From the IMG/VR virus record IMGVR_UViG_3300019776_000365, positions 1 through 64,000 of that record: a DNA stretch of 64,000 nucleotides. The stretch is one strand, 5' to 3'. This DNA is from a virus. Positions within the stretch are counted from its first letter, which is position 1. The number at the start of each line of letters is the position of its first letter. Positions 1 to 11,395 of the stretch are shown in pieces. A program made the position numbers and the translations under genes. The notes beneath the pieces were generated by a model. It saw nothing but the letters and a program-made list of their open reading frames with translations. It did no database searches and was not told where the DNA came from.

Positions 1-231
1 AACAAAAGATTTTTTGAATATAATTTCAAAATATCAAGATTTTGTTCCATCAATGAAATATAAATTTCTTGAATATTATAATCTATCGTAACGCATAGGA
101 AATGAAATAATTTTCCCACGAGTTCCCAACCCTTAGCGTAAAGTCGAAGGTGAAAATATATGCTGACCATTACTGATGGTAAAGGTAATGAACTACTAGA
201 TAAAAAGCTAGTAGGATAACAAGCCCCAATG
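1..231 (+). mobile_element. 3' part of a group I intron in the major capsid protein gene (5' end lies upstream of the window)
   Basis: P7-like pair GCATA (93-97)/TATGC within S-like GAAAATATATGCTG. P9-type hairpins CATTAC/GTAATG and CTACTAG/CTAGTAG. Terminal G at 231 is followed by GAA CGT GGG GCA (ERGA), which I recognise as the second half of the crAss MCP TGERG motif. Confidence 0.8.
2..91 (+). CDS. C-terminal end of an intron-encoded homing endonuclease, probably LAGLIDADG family (partial)
   Basis: Frame 2 reads TKDFLNIISKYQDFVPSMKYKFLEYYNLS*. The F..II..Y..PSMKYK ending is typical of LAGLIDADG_2 endonucleases. The stop overlaps the intron core. Confidence 0.65.
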   Translation, partial: TKDFLNIISKYQDFVPSMKYKFLEYYNLS

Positions 232-744
232 GAACGTGGGGCAGCTAAATTCAATAAGGCAGTTAAAGACACAGTATCTGGATGGTACGCAGTTGGATTC
301 TATGGATCTGCTGCTAATAACCCTGCTGTAATTAGCAAGGCTCAAAGTAAACTGCATGATAATGCATTGTCTGCTGGATTCCAGTTTACTGAATATAAAG
401 CACCTAATGGTGTAACAATCACAATTGATGTAGATCCTTTGTATGATGATAAAGTTCGTAATAAGATTATGCACCCACAAGGTGGCGTAGCGATGTCTTA
501 TCGTTATGACATTCTTTACATTGGTACTATGGATCAACCTAACATTCAGTTGTGTCGGATTAAAGGCGCAGAAGAACATCGTGGTTATCGATGGGGTATT
601 AGAAACCCGTTCACTGGAGCACTTAACAATCCGAATATGTCGATGGATACTGATGAAGCAGAAATCCACAGAATGACAACTCTTGGTGTGATGATCTTAG
701 ATCCTACACGCACAATGAGCATAATTCCTTCAATTTTAGGATAA
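232..744 (+). CDS. major capsid protein, last exon
   Basis: ERGAAKF, AGFQFTEYKAPNG, DPLYDD, HPQGGVAMSYRYDI and DPTR motifs of crAss-like MCP. The ATG at 229 is most likely the intron end rather than a start. Confidence 0.9.
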   Translation, partial: ERGAAKFNKAVKDTVSGWYAVGFYGSAANNPAVISKAQSKLHDNALSAGFQFTEYKAPNGVTITIDVDPLYDDKVRNKIMHPQGGVAMSYRYDILYIGTMDQPNIQLCRIKGAEEHRGYRWGIRNPFTGALNNPNMSMDTDEAEIHRMTTLGVMILDPTRTMSIIPSILG

Positions 745-753
745 CATAATTAA

Positions 754-783
754 GGTATATAGGTGTTAATTCGCCTATATACC
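754..783 (+). terminator. stem-loop after MCP (possible terminator or stabiliser)
   Basis: GGTATATAGG/CCTATATACC 10-bp stem, weak U tract. Confidence 0.5.
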
Positions 784-816
784 ACTATTATTATTTAATG
801 GGAGAAGAATAATAAG

Positions 817-1818
817 ATGGCAAAAAAACAAGTAGAAGAAGTTAATTTTAATTATCAAGTAGATGATACAGAACCTGTAGAAGAGTTAATTCCTCTAAGT
901 AGTGGTTCTTTTGATGTTGATACTGTTGTAGAAAAATCAACTAAAAAGCAAACAAAAGGTTTAATTTCGTGCCTTCGTAACGAAAGGGTTATTGCAAGAT
1001 ATATAAATAGACCAAACAATAATATTCAGAATCCACGTCATGAATTATATGGCGGTATGGCTAATACTGCATTTATTGCATATACAGTGCCTATGCTTAG
1101 GTCTGGTGCATTAGTAAATGTATTAACAGATTCTGAGAAGGCATTTCTTGAGGAATATATGGGTTTAGATAATAATGCTTTATCTGTATATCTCAAGACA
1201 AACAACTATTGGTCTAATTTTAGAGTTCGCCTAAACAAAGGTGATAATATTTTTGATCTTAGTACACCAGAGGATTATATAAAATATAAAGTTCTTTTAG
1301 CAAACAAAGATGATATTTGCCCAAGTATGACGGATTTATCTGACAGAAAAAGAGCTACATATAGATTTGTTTTAATTAATGAAGGCGATGAGGTTAAAGA
1401 TTCTAACACCAAACTAAATATTGCAATGGAAGCTTCTATGCTTCTTGGTAAATATATGGACGATAAGAGCACTCTTAAACTAATAGTTGAAACAATAACC
1501 AATAGATCTATATCTAAAAAATCTAAACTAGACTTTATAAAAGCTCAAGCATTTGAATGCATTCAATCAAATCCAAAACTATTTGTGTCTTTAGCAAAAG
1601 ATAAATACCTTAAAACAAAGGTTTTGATTTCTGAATGTTTAGAGTATGGTCTTATTGTAAAGCGCAATGAATATTACTATTTAGCAAGCGATAGAAGCCC
1701 GCTGTGCGAAGCAAATGAGGAGTCTACATTAGAAGTATCATCGGCTTATTTAAATAGCCCAAAACGTCAGGAAATCAAACTTACGTTAGAGGCAAAACTA
1801 AAAGCAGTTAAAGAATAA
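817..1818 (+). CDS. conserved crAss-like protein downstream of MCP
   Basis: 333-aa ORF with DLSTPEDYIKYKVLLAN motif. Its position follows the usual crAss capsid module. Confidence 0.75.
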   Translation: MAKKQVEEVNFNYQVDDTEPVEELIPLSSGSFDVDTVVEKSTKKQTKGLISCLRNERVIARYINRPNNNIQNPRHELYGGMANTAFIAYTVPMLRSGALVNVLTDSEKAFLEEYMGLDNNALSVYLKTNNYWSNFRVRLNKGDNIFDLSTPEDYIKYKVLLANKDDICPSMTDLSDRKRATYRFVLINEGDEVKDSNTKLNIAMEASMLLGKYMDDKSTLKLIVETITNRSISKKSKLDFIKAQAFECIQSNPKLFVSLAKDKYLKTKVLISECLEYGLIVKRNEYYYLASDRSPLCEANEESTLEVSSAYLNSPKRQEIKLTLEAKLKAVKE

Positions 1819-1820
1819 TT

Positions 1821-2510
1821 ATGACAATAAATACTACATGGCTAAGAGATCGCTTTAATCTACAATACAACAATATATTTAGTAATATAGCATCTGGTCT
1901 TGTAGATGAAGAAATATCAATGTATTTAACTATGGCTCATATAGAGATTATAGATGAATATAGCGATGACTTAGATGTTTTTGAAAAATACAGATCGGTA
2001 TTAACATCATATATATATGATGATGTTATAGTTGGGTCAATAGCTGCGACTAAAACTCGTGGTATAGATTATCAAACATTTGAATTCACAAAAGACTACT
2101 GGCGTATATTGAAAGAATATGCAATCACTAATGATAATTCTGATGGATTTCCAATAAAGCCAATAAAATATGATGAGTTTAACACAATGTCAGCCAATCC
2201 ATTTAAATGACCGAATGGGTTAAAGGGTTGGCGTTTAGATATAAATAATGATCCAAACACCGATTCTTTGCGTGATGTAAAGATATTATTTAAAAAACAA
2301 TCTACTGGAGATTATATAAAAGAATACCGTGTTGTTTATTTAGTTCAACCAGAAGGGTTTGATTTAACCAGTGGTGAAATTCCACCACAGTTAACAAACA
2401 ATCAATTCTTAGCCGAAAAGATAGTCAACAGAGCCGTTGAACTTGCGACACGCGACTACAAAGACAACACACTATCAACACAAATACAGATCAATAAAAG
2501 ATCTGAATAA
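1821..2510 (+). CDS. virion ring/adaptor-type structural protein (229 aa, one TGA=Trp at 2208)
   Basis: ORFs 1821 and 2268 are in one frame, joined through NPFK[TGA]PNGLKGWRLD. Ends TAA. Confidence 0.8.
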
Positions 2511-2535
2511 TATTAATTTAATACAGAAATTTTAA

Positions 2536-3708
2536 ATGGCAACATTTTCAACTAGTTCAGTTAGACAACTATTTGTCGCTAACGCATCTTCTGGTACAAC
2601 CGCTGGCAGCTTTGGTGCTGCTACAGTAACAGATGGTGAACTTTCTTTTACTATTTACAATGCATTAGGAAAGCTAGTTAGCTCACCTAGAATTCCACTG
2701 TCAAAAATTCGTTCAGTAAAATCAACAGCGTATTCTCCAAAATGTTTGCGAAAGGATGCTATTAGTTTTTCAACTCCAGTGGTTGGTGAGACTTATATTA
2801 TTCGTTTCGTTATGCGTCAATGGGGTAGTGGTTCTGCTGAAAACCAATACTTTAAACATGTAGGTGCTTACAAAGCAAAAACTGGAGATGATGCAGAGGA
2901 TATTGTAGACGCAATGATTGCTAATGCAGCTGTTAACTTCTCAAGAGAGTCATCAACAATGTTTACGTTTAGCAAGGAAAATTCTGGAGCTGATGCTAAA
3001 CTTATTGTAACAGAGTATGCTCAACCTTGGGTTAAAGGAAAACAGCAAGGTCGTCCATTGGATTATACAATTCAGTTTGTAAAAATCAATGACTCTGGTA
3101 GTGACGTTTACGACTGGGGTACTGTAACAAACATCTTTAAAGCATATCCAGGAGTTGGAACTAACCATGAAGCTCAAGATATGGAGTATTTCTATATGGG
3201 AGAGCGTGGCGATGTTTATCGTAATGTTGGATATCCATTCACATTTGATACTCAGTATATTGCAGACCCTACGGCAAATTACTCAATTATTGACATTGCT
3301 TATTATACAAACGAACCACACAATAGTGGTGGAGAATTTGCTGAAAAAGTAGTCACAATACTATGTAAAGAAGCGGCGACTACAGCTCAGTATGCAATTC
3401 AAATTGCTATTGCAGGTGCTATCAATACAGCCACTGGTGCTACTACTGTACCACTTCTTGTTAATACAGGCTCTTATGTAATACTAAAAGCTGGATCTCT
3501 TGGAACTGCTGGTAATACAGAAATTACATCACTAACATCAGCAACTAAATATGTAATTTATACAAACCCTGGCACTCCTAACGAAACGAAAGGATATGTT
3601 AAGGGGGATGGTACTGTTTCTGCAACAGAATCAGATATTGCTAATTTAGTTAGTACAAAAATTACTGGACTTACAAACGGTGTTACATACTTTGTTAAAG
3701 TATACTAA
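2536..3708 (+). CDS. abundant virion structural protein (auxiliary capsid-type)
   Basis: 390 aa, MATFS..VRQLFVAN start, MEYFYMGERGD motif, Thr/Gly-rich C-terminal extension. Confidence 0.7.
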   Translation: MATFSTSSVRQLFVANASSGTTAGSFGAATVTDGELSFTIYNALGKLVSSPRIPLSKIRSVKSTAYSPKCLRKDAISFSTPVVGETYIIRFVMRQWGSGSAENQYFKHVGAYKAKTGDDAEDIVDAMIANAAVNFSRESSTMFTFSKENSGADAKLIVTEYAQPWVKGKQQGRPLDYTIQFVKINDSGSDVYDWGTVTNIFKAYPGVGTNHEAQDMEYFYMGERGDVYRNVGYPFTFDTQYIADPTANYSIIDIAYYTNEPHNSGGEFAEKVVTILCKEAATTAQYAIQIAIAGAINTATGATTVPLLVNTGSYVILKAGSLGTAGNTEITSLTSATKYVIYTNPGTPNETKGYVKGDGTVSATESDIANLVSTKITGLTNGVTYFVKVY

Positions 3709-3737
3709 TAATTGAATTTAAACTAAAAAACCAATAT

Positions 3738-3774
3738 GGGGTATATGGGGTTATCTCATATACCCTTTTATTTT
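3738..3774 (+). terminator. intrinsic terminator
   Basis: GGGTATATGGG/CTCATATACCC stem followed by TTTTATTTT. Confidence 0.75.
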
Positions 3775-3784
3775 ATATAAAACT

Positions 3785-4162
3785 ATGGATGAAAAAATAA
3801 AATTAGTCATTAATTTAGTTAATTGTATTATAGGTTCTTGTTTGCGCATTAGAGAAATTCATTGGAATACTCACATACAAGCACAGCACAATCTTACAAA
3901 CGATATAATGCCAGAGTTAACAGACGAGATTGACCAAATACTTGAGATTATGATGGGTATATCTGATAGACCTGGTTTTGATATATTAAAGCCAATAATA
4001 CCATCATCTAAAAACCTAAAAGAGATATTACAAGCTCTAGTAATTAAAATAGAAGCTGTTAGATCAATGACAGAAGAGCCAGCATATAAGGGTCTTCATG
4101 CAAATCTTGATGAGCTTACCGCTAATTTAAATAGGTGGATTTACCTATCAGTAAATTCATAA
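3785..4162 (+). CDS. ferritin/Dps-like four-helix protein
   Basis: IHWNT..AQH...D.I.E motif and C-terminal LDEL...LN..IYL. Confidence 0.6.
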   Translation: MDEKIKLVINLVNCIIGSCLRIREIHWNTHIQAQHNLTNDIMPELTDEIDQILEIMMGISDRPGFDILKPIIPSSKNLKEILQALVIKIEAVRSMTEEPAYKGLHANLDELTANLNRWIYLSVNS

Positions 4163-4204
4163 CAACAATAGTATTGATATACTAGATATAAAAAATTATA
4201 AAAC

Positions 4205-4237
4205 CTTTGTATATGTGAGTTTTTTTACTTATATTGC
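4205..4237 (+). promoter_or_regulatory. putative Bacteroidota-type promoter
   Basis: TTTG, ~19 nt, then TTATATTG, an imperfect match to TTTG/TAnnTTTG. Shares CTTTGTATAT with 11344-11375. Confidence 0.4.
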
Positions 4238-4264
4238 AGAGGTTTTAAATTTTAAACACGTAAC

Positions 4265-5197
4265 ATGACAAAACAAGAAGTTCTAAAAAGATTTAGTAAA
4301 AAACCATACCTTTTAGAGATGGGCGCTGGCAAGTTGTCAAAATGGTTTGGTGTATCTGTTGATGTAATTAAAGAGTGTAAATCTTTGATTAGAGGTTATA
4401 ATATAAAATATGTAGATGCAAAAGATGTAGTATATAAAAAAACTGGCCTTAAAATTCTAATAATAGACATTGAGACATCTCCAATGAAAGCATACATTTG
4501 GAAGCGATGGAAAGAAAATATATCATTACCTCAAACTATATCAGAATGGTTTATGTTATCATGGTCTGCCAAATGGCTGGATGGTGATTTACATTCAGAT
4601 GTATTGACCTCAGAAGAGGTTTTAAGTGAAGATGACAAGCGCATAACAAACAATTTACTTATATTGCTAAATGAAGCTGATGTTGTTATTGCGCACAATG
4701 GCGATAGGTTTGACTTACCAAAAATAAATACAAGAGCACTGCTAAATAATTTTGGCCCTATTAAACCATTTCAAACTATTGATACATTAAAAGTAGCAAA
4801 ACAACAGTTTGGATTTAGCTCTAATAAATTAGATGCATTAGCTATATTTTTTGGATTAGATTGCAAGCTTCATACTGATTTTGATTTATGGAAGCGTTGT
4901 ATGAATGGAGATGAAACCGCATTGTCTTATATGTTAGAGTACAACAATTATGACGTGGTTCTACTAGAGAAAATCTACAAAAAACTTAAACCTTGGATTA
5001 AAAACCATCCAAATGAAGGTCATTTTAGTGAAGAGGCAGTTTGTCCTACATGTGGCTCTACTCATATAAAGTATAATTCAAACTATTATACAAATGCTGG
5101 TAGATATAAATTGTATAAATGTGATGATTGCGGTGCATTATCTAAAACAAGAAAGTCAGAGAAAACAAATATAAAATTAACATCAAATATAAGATAA
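4265..5197 (+). CDS. RNase H-like/DnaQ 3'-5' exonuclease with C-terminal Zn ribbon
   Basis: IDIETS, AHNGDRFDLP and YNNYDV motifs, CPTCGS...CDDCG. Confidence 0.85.
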   Translation: MTKQEVLKRFSKKPYLLEMGAGKLSKWFGVSVDVIKECKSLIRGYNIKYVDAKDVVYKKTGLKILIIDIETSPMKAYIWKRWKENISLPQTISEWFMLSWSAKWLDGDLHSDVLTSEEVLSEDDKRITNNLLILLNEADVVIAHNGDRFDLPKINTRALLNNFGPIKPFQTIDTLKVAKQQFGFSSNKLDALAIFFGLDCKLHTDFDLWKRCMNGDETALSYMLEYNNYDVVLLEKIYKKLKPWIKNHPNEGHFSEEAVCPTCGSTHIKYNSNYYTNAGRYKLYKCDDCGALSKTRKSEKTNIKLTSNIR

Positions 5198-5198
5198 G

Positions 5199-5954
5199 AT
5201 GCATACCTATCGAGACATGATATTTATGGTAACCGATGAGCTTAAAGTTTTTTCAGATGATACTTGAGTTGAGTCTGAACACATAGTGCATCTATTAAAT
5301 AAATATAGAGCATTGCTGTTTAAGCAAAGATATGGAAGTAAAAAAACTGAAATACCATACTCATACTATCAAAGACTTAAAGTAAAACTAACTCCAGGGA
5401 GTTATAACAAATATATGTTTAAATCAGAAAAGCCACTACCTAATACTATTAGCTTACAAGATATGTGGAAAGACGGGTTTATTCATATAGACGGTATTAG
5501 AACTGATAATATAAACTTTATTAATCCTAATAGATTTAAGTTTATTGGGTCAAACAAATGATTGGCAAATCAATCGTATGCTACAATAGACTACGATAAA
5601 CACATGTTTATAAAGTGGTCTCAATCACAATTTACGGTTGGTATATTAACATATGATGGAAATAATTCATATATAACAACAGATGAGACAGAAGAGTACC
5701 TGCTAGCATTAGAGGATTTGATGGCTGAAAGTGTATACTATGACGCTATACTAGATGATCCTACAGATATAATATCATTTAATGAGCTAAATGAACTATA
5801 TATAGATCAAGAGTTTCCAGTTGAAGAGGCATTAGTACAACCAATAATAGATCTATGCTTAAAAGAACTTGGTGGCGCTTTGTATAGACCACGTGATGTT
5901 AACAATAATGCAGGTGATGATCTAAGTAACATCAATCAAAATCAACAACAATAA
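5199..5954 (+). CDS. tail ring-type structural protein (251 aa, TGA=Trp at 5265 and 5559)
   Basis: MHTYRDMIFMVTDELKVFSDDT[W]...LLNKYR...FIGSNK[W]L in a single frame, TAA stop. Confidence 0.85.
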
Positions 5955-6511
5955 TGAATAAATCATTTCAAGAGTACGCAAAAAAAGTTAAAAAAGTATC
6001 TGGTAGTAGAAATCATAAGATTAAAAATAGTCTTGGAATGAAAGACGCATACTTTTATTATAGAAAAAACAGACCATCTGATAATAAATACGCATTAACA
6101 GAAAGACAATACTCTTCTATAATAAATGAGATGAATTATTTATGGACTGAAGAGTTAATCAATAAAGGAAAGATGATGTTTCCAGAAGGTCTTGGCGGTG
6201 CTCATATAGTAAAAAATGACGTATCACCAATAATAGATAAAAATGGTAATCTTAAGATTAGAAGAAATGTAAACCCATCTGCTACATTAAAATTATGGTT
6301 TGAAGACGATGAAGCTAGACAAAATAAAACTCTAGTTAGATTTGAATCTGATGAGTCTTTTAAAATCGTTTATTGGATGTCTAAAGCTAAATTTAAGAAT
6401 TACCCATATGTTAGAATACAATTCACCAGAGCTCTTAAAAAACGCCTCCATGAGCGTATTATGAGTGGGGGTTATGATACTTTTGAAAATAGTAAAAAAT
6501 GGGAAATATAA
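5954..6511 (+). CDS. IHF/HU-like DNA-binding protein
   Basis: Basic 185-aa protein with GKMMFPEGLG and F..ALK..L segments, at the usual position in the crAss tail module. Confidence 0.6.
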   Translation: MNKSFQEYAKKVKKVSGSRNHKIKNSLGMKDAYFYYRKNRPSDNKYALTERQYSSIINEMNYLWTEELINKGKMMFPEGLGGAHIVKNDVSPIIDKNGNLKIRRNVNPSATLKLWFEDDEARQNKTLVRFESDESFKIVYWMSKAKFKNYPYVRIQFTRALKKRLHERIMSGGYDTFENSKKWEI

Positions 6512-6517
6512 TATTAT

Positions 6518-7234
6518 ATGTCACAAATAAAATGAACTAGTTTAAAAATAGTACTAGATAAATTACTTAGAGATCCATTGTTTATAGGTACTCCATTTGA
6601 AACAGTAATGGATTATTTTATAGACTTTATAACAATAGTCGGAACTCCTGAGTTATTTGATGAAAAAGTTACAGACCCTCCGCTAACTATAACTAATTAC
6701 AGGGCTGATCTTCCTATTGATTTTGTAGATGTTGTGCAATTATCTATAAATAAACATATGGCTAGATATACACCAGATACTCATGCTGGGTATTATGATA
6801 AAATAAATGAATATCTAGAAATACCAATACCAGATCAATCACAAGAAGTTACATTTAGAATAAAGGGTAATTACATATATACATCTAAAGAGACTGGAGA
6901 TTTGCTTATGGTTTACAAGTGTATTAAAGTACAAGATGATGTGGATGCTGATGATTATGGATTTCCAATGATACCAGACGATCCTGTGTTTATCAAAGCA
7001 TTTAGGTTGTATGTAGAGAAAGAATTACTTAAATCATTATGGCGTATCGGTAAGGTTGATCAGCGTGTATACGAAGATGTTAAGCAAGAATATGCATGGG
7101 CTGTTGGCCAATATGAAACTCATGCAAAACGACTTGATCTTAGTAAGATGGAAACTATATCTAGATTATTTAGAAGTTTACAATACAAAAATAATGAGTT
7201 CTATACTAGATTTAGACACTTAGGAACTAAATAA
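6518..7234 (+). CDS. tail tubular/ring protein (238 aa, TGA=Trp at 6533)
   Basis: MSQIK[W]TSLKIVLDKLLRDPL extends ORF 6578 in frame. GFPMIPDD and YAWAVGQ motifs. Confidence 0.85.
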
Positions 7235-7236
7235 TT

Positions 7237-10200
7237 ATGCAGATAAAAAGCGAAACATATAAAATTAAAGGTATGAGTAGGGATTTATCCTACTCTGCTT
7301 TTAATAAAGACTTTTCATGAGATAACTACAATGTTAGATTAACACAAAGAGATGGTAACGACTTGCTTGCTATTACAAACGAGCGTGGTAATTTAAAACT
7401 AATAACATCTATTGATATACTTGGATCAACATTGGGTACTTGTGTTATAGATGAGTATTTGGTTATATTTACACATGATAGTACTCATGATAGGATATAT
7501 AGATTGTCCAAACCATCAAACAATAATTCAACTACAGTATTGCTGTTTGAAGGAAATTTAAATCTATCTGAAAGAATTCAAGCATTACCATTCTATGAAA
7601 ATGAAAATATACAGAAAGTCTATTGGATAGATGGTATCAATCAACCTAGGGTTATTAATGTGGTTGCTGATTATTCATCGTATACAGATACAAGTTTTGA
7701 TTTTGTTCAAGAACTTAAATTAGAAGAAACTGTATCAATAGAAAAACAAACGTATGGTGGTTCTTTTAAATCTGGTGTTATACAATATGCATTTACATAT
7801 TTTAATAAAAATGGTGTTGAGTCAAACATATTCTATATAACTCCAATTCAATACATATCACCACCAGATAGGGGTGGTAAAATTGATGAATTTGTGAATA
7901 ATAGCTTTAAAATAGATATTTCAAATCTTGAAACAAAATTTGAATATATTAGAATTTATGGAGTATTTAGAACATCAATAGATACTACTCCAGAAGTTAG
8001 GAATATAATTGATTTAAAAATAAACAGCACATCTGCATCATTTGTTGATACTGGCATAGAAGGTGAAGCTATATCTTCTGATTACTTATTGTATGTTGGT
8101 GGTGAAGAGTTGATACCTAAAGCGATGACTCAGAAAAATAATGTGTTATTTTTAGGAAATATAGACTTAAAAAAAGAAGCAATAACGCCAATAAAATTAA
8201 CAGAAATTGATACAATATCTGAAGGCGATGTTAGTTCTATGTTTTCATGGAATTGATCAGACGATATAAGTCTTGAAAACACAACCACAGATAATAATGT
8301 GACGTATCCATATAAACCAAAGCTAACATCTTATTCTAATTCTGTAAAGCACTGAAAGTTTGATGAAATATATAGACTTGGAATACAAGGTCAGTACTCA
8401 AACGGTAGATGATCAACTCCGATCTGGCTTGGAGTTGACTTTAAGGTTGATAAAAGATACAAATCATCATTTAATGATTATTCTTACAATATAGAAAGTA
8501 GGGAGGTTGTAGTTAATAGTGTTTTCGGTAAAATATCATTAACAGATGATATTAAACTGAAGCTAATTGATTATGGATTTGTAAAAGTTAGGCCGGTTTA
8601 TGTAGCGCCAAATATAAATGATAAGAAAATACTAGCTCAAGGCGCAGTGACAAACACTATAAGCCTAATAAAGAATAGACATACGGACAACATACAGACA
8701 AATGTTTTTTCTTACCCAGATTACACAAGAAGGTCAGCATCACCTATAATAAACGCAGTCAGTCGAGATGGGCATTTTAGACTTTTAACGCCAAATATAG
8801 CTCATGTACCAGGGACTGCTCCTGAAAATTACTTGCCACCATATGGTATAGAAATAATGGCTGGTCATTTATCTGGAGATGGTAGTACAGATGATTATTG
8901 GTCAACAAATTATTCAATATCTGATTTGACAACGGAGGGAACACCTGAGCTTAATTCTAAAATGCTTATGTTTAAGGATTTTAATTTTGTTAATTTTTGA
9001 AGCCCAGACATTGTTAATAATTATGAAAGATTGAATCAATATATTGACTCGTGCGATTCTATTGGATTATATGGATATGCGATGTTATCTGGACTTAGTA
9101 AAAAAATGGATACATATTCAGACAGAAATAGCGAATGATTTTCTGTAGTTCCAGAAACTGGTGGGCCAATATTAAGAAAGGAAAATTTTAACTATCATAG
9201 TGGTTGTATATCTGGAACTTTTCGTGGGTTGTTTCCAAGAATAAAATACGATACTGGTAATATGTATTTTTTTCCAGTATGATCTCCAGAGGTATTTGCA
9301 TTTACTAATAATGGTGGATCTTGGTACAATAATGTTGATTTAACTTTCACAAAATTCAATGTATCATCTTTTGAATATTTTGGTTGTAATAATATATTAA
9401 ATACTTATGATGAAAATGTTTATAAATTCCCTATAAATAAGCCATCATTGTTTTATGATAACAACACTGGTTATGTTAAAACAAACACATCAGACAATCC
9501 TTCGTATGGTGGTAATGTTTTATATTCTAAAAACACAGACATAGAGTATGTGCCAGGGTCGTATTCAACAATAGCTAGAGGTAATGCGAGCAATCCATTT
9601 TATGTCTCATCAAGATATTCTAAGGTTAATTCTGGTATGTATGTAAAATACAACACGAATACTCACTTAGCATTTTCTTTTGGCATAAAAAATGGTAAAT
9701 ATAAATGTATACCAGCTCCAAAAGCAACAATAAATACAGGTACAAGTGATGTAATTTCAAATCCATGATATAGAACAGACGAAACTTCATTTGAAATGGA
9801 TTTCATCGGAGATGATAAATTCTATAACCAATGGGGCGATGATATTGACCCAGATGGATTTCAATATGGATCAATGGCTATAATAGATCTATACAGGAAT
9901 GTTGGTGATAATTTTGAAGATTATATATATGGAGGTAAATCGAATGATGCATTGTATAGCAACCAATGAATACCATGTGGTGATTCTGTTAAAATAACAA
10001 CATCCCCACTAGTTGTGAAATATACAGACGGTGATACATATATTACAAGATTTGACCTATTACGTGTATTTCCAAATGATATAAAACAAGTTGTTCAACA
10101 TACTGGTATTATTTCTTTTTTATGTGAATCATTAATAAATATAGACGGTAGATGTGATAAGAACAGATACAACACAGACAGTTCATTGATGACTACATCT

Positions 10201-11286
10201 AATTATGGATTGTTGAATACAATATATTCTCAGAAAGATAATTACTTTAACTACAATATATTAGACTCTACTACATTTAACTTAACCAAATTTCCAACAA
10301 CAATAACATGATCTAAAGCAAAAACCTCTGGGGAGCTTACAGACACTTGGGCTAATATATCAATGTTATCAACAATGGATTTAGAGGGGATTAATGGCGA
10401 TATATCATCAATAAACCTAATTAATAATGAACTGTATGCATTTCAACCTAAAGCTATAGCCAGGATACTATTTAATGAAAGAATTCAGCAGACGGCTTCT
10501 GATGGTGTTTCTATAGAACTTACTAATGGGTATACAGTTCCAGGGTACAGATATCTTACTAATCAATATGGTTGTTCAAATAAATGATCAATAGTTGAAA
10601 CCAAAAGTGGTATTTATTTTGTGGATGAATTAAATAAATCATTAAATTCATTAGGTGATGGTATAAAAGATATATCTACTCAATACGGATTTAAGTCATA
10701 TTTTAACAACCTATCGTCATTTAATTTAAATCTATCATATGATAAACAAAACAAAGATATATACATACATGATGAAAGTTATTGCTTTAACTTCTCCGAA
10801 CTTCTACAATCATTTGAGTCTTTCTATAGCTATAATGATGTAGATGCTATGCATAATGCATGAGATGATTTTATATCAATTAAATCAGATGCAGCAAAGT
10901 CTTATGTGTATAGGCATAACAAAGGAGACTACGGTATATTCTATGGCGATAAAAAGAATTTTTATGTAGAATACATATTAAATCCAGACCCATTAGTTGA
11001 TAAAGTTTTTGATACATTTGAGTACAGGCTTACAAATGATGATATAAACTGAAATTCTCTTATAGCATCTACTTATTATCAAACTGGAACTTATAATAAA
11101 ACTAAGTTTGCAGCAAATAATAAAAAGAGATTCAATGTTTACAGGTCTAGAATGCCAAGAGAGGATAATACAATAAACAGAATTAGATCTACATGAGCTA
11201 AATTAAAACTAATGTATACTAATGAATCAACAAATATAAATAAAAAGTTTAGTCAGCAAGACTTGACTGTATGGTATACAATTTAA
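7237..11286 (+). CDS. tail stabilization/muzzle protein (1349 aa, 14 TGA=Trp)
   Basis: One frame with no TAA/TAG from ATG 7237 to TAA 11284. TGAs at 7318, 8254, 8353, 8410, 8998, 9136, 9280, 9766, 9967, 10309, 10585, 10861, 11050, 11194. Motifs KGMSRD, TNERGN, VYWIDG.NQPR, GDTYI.RFD, GCSNK[W]S, RIRST[W]. Confidence 0.92.
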
Positions 11287-11293
11287 TAATTAC

Positions 11294-11335
11294 AATAGGG
11301 TGGATATTTATTTTATATTCATCCTATTTTTTTTT
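11294..11335 (+). terminator. intrinsic terminator
   Basis: AATAGGGTGGATAT/ATATTCATCCTATT stem and 9-T run. Confidence 0.8.
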
Positions 11336-11343
11336 GTAATTAA

Positions 11344-11375
11344 CTTTGTATATACAATATATTTTACTATATTCG
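11344..11375 (+). promoter_or_regulatory. putative Bacteroidota-type promoter of the cargo operon
   Basis: TTTG, 19 nt, then TATATTCG, lying directly after a terminator and 20 nt before ATG 11396. Confidence 0.45.
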
Positions 11376-11395
11376 TAGTTATTAATAAATTAAAT

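Noticed and set aside
229-231. ATG start of a 171-aa protein
   Set aside because: It begins mid-MCP. The G is best explained as the intron's terminal G.
11300-11395. Hydrophobic N-terminal extension (MDIYFIFILFFF...)
   Set aside because: It is the translation of a terminator and promoter region. ATG 11396 is the likelier start.
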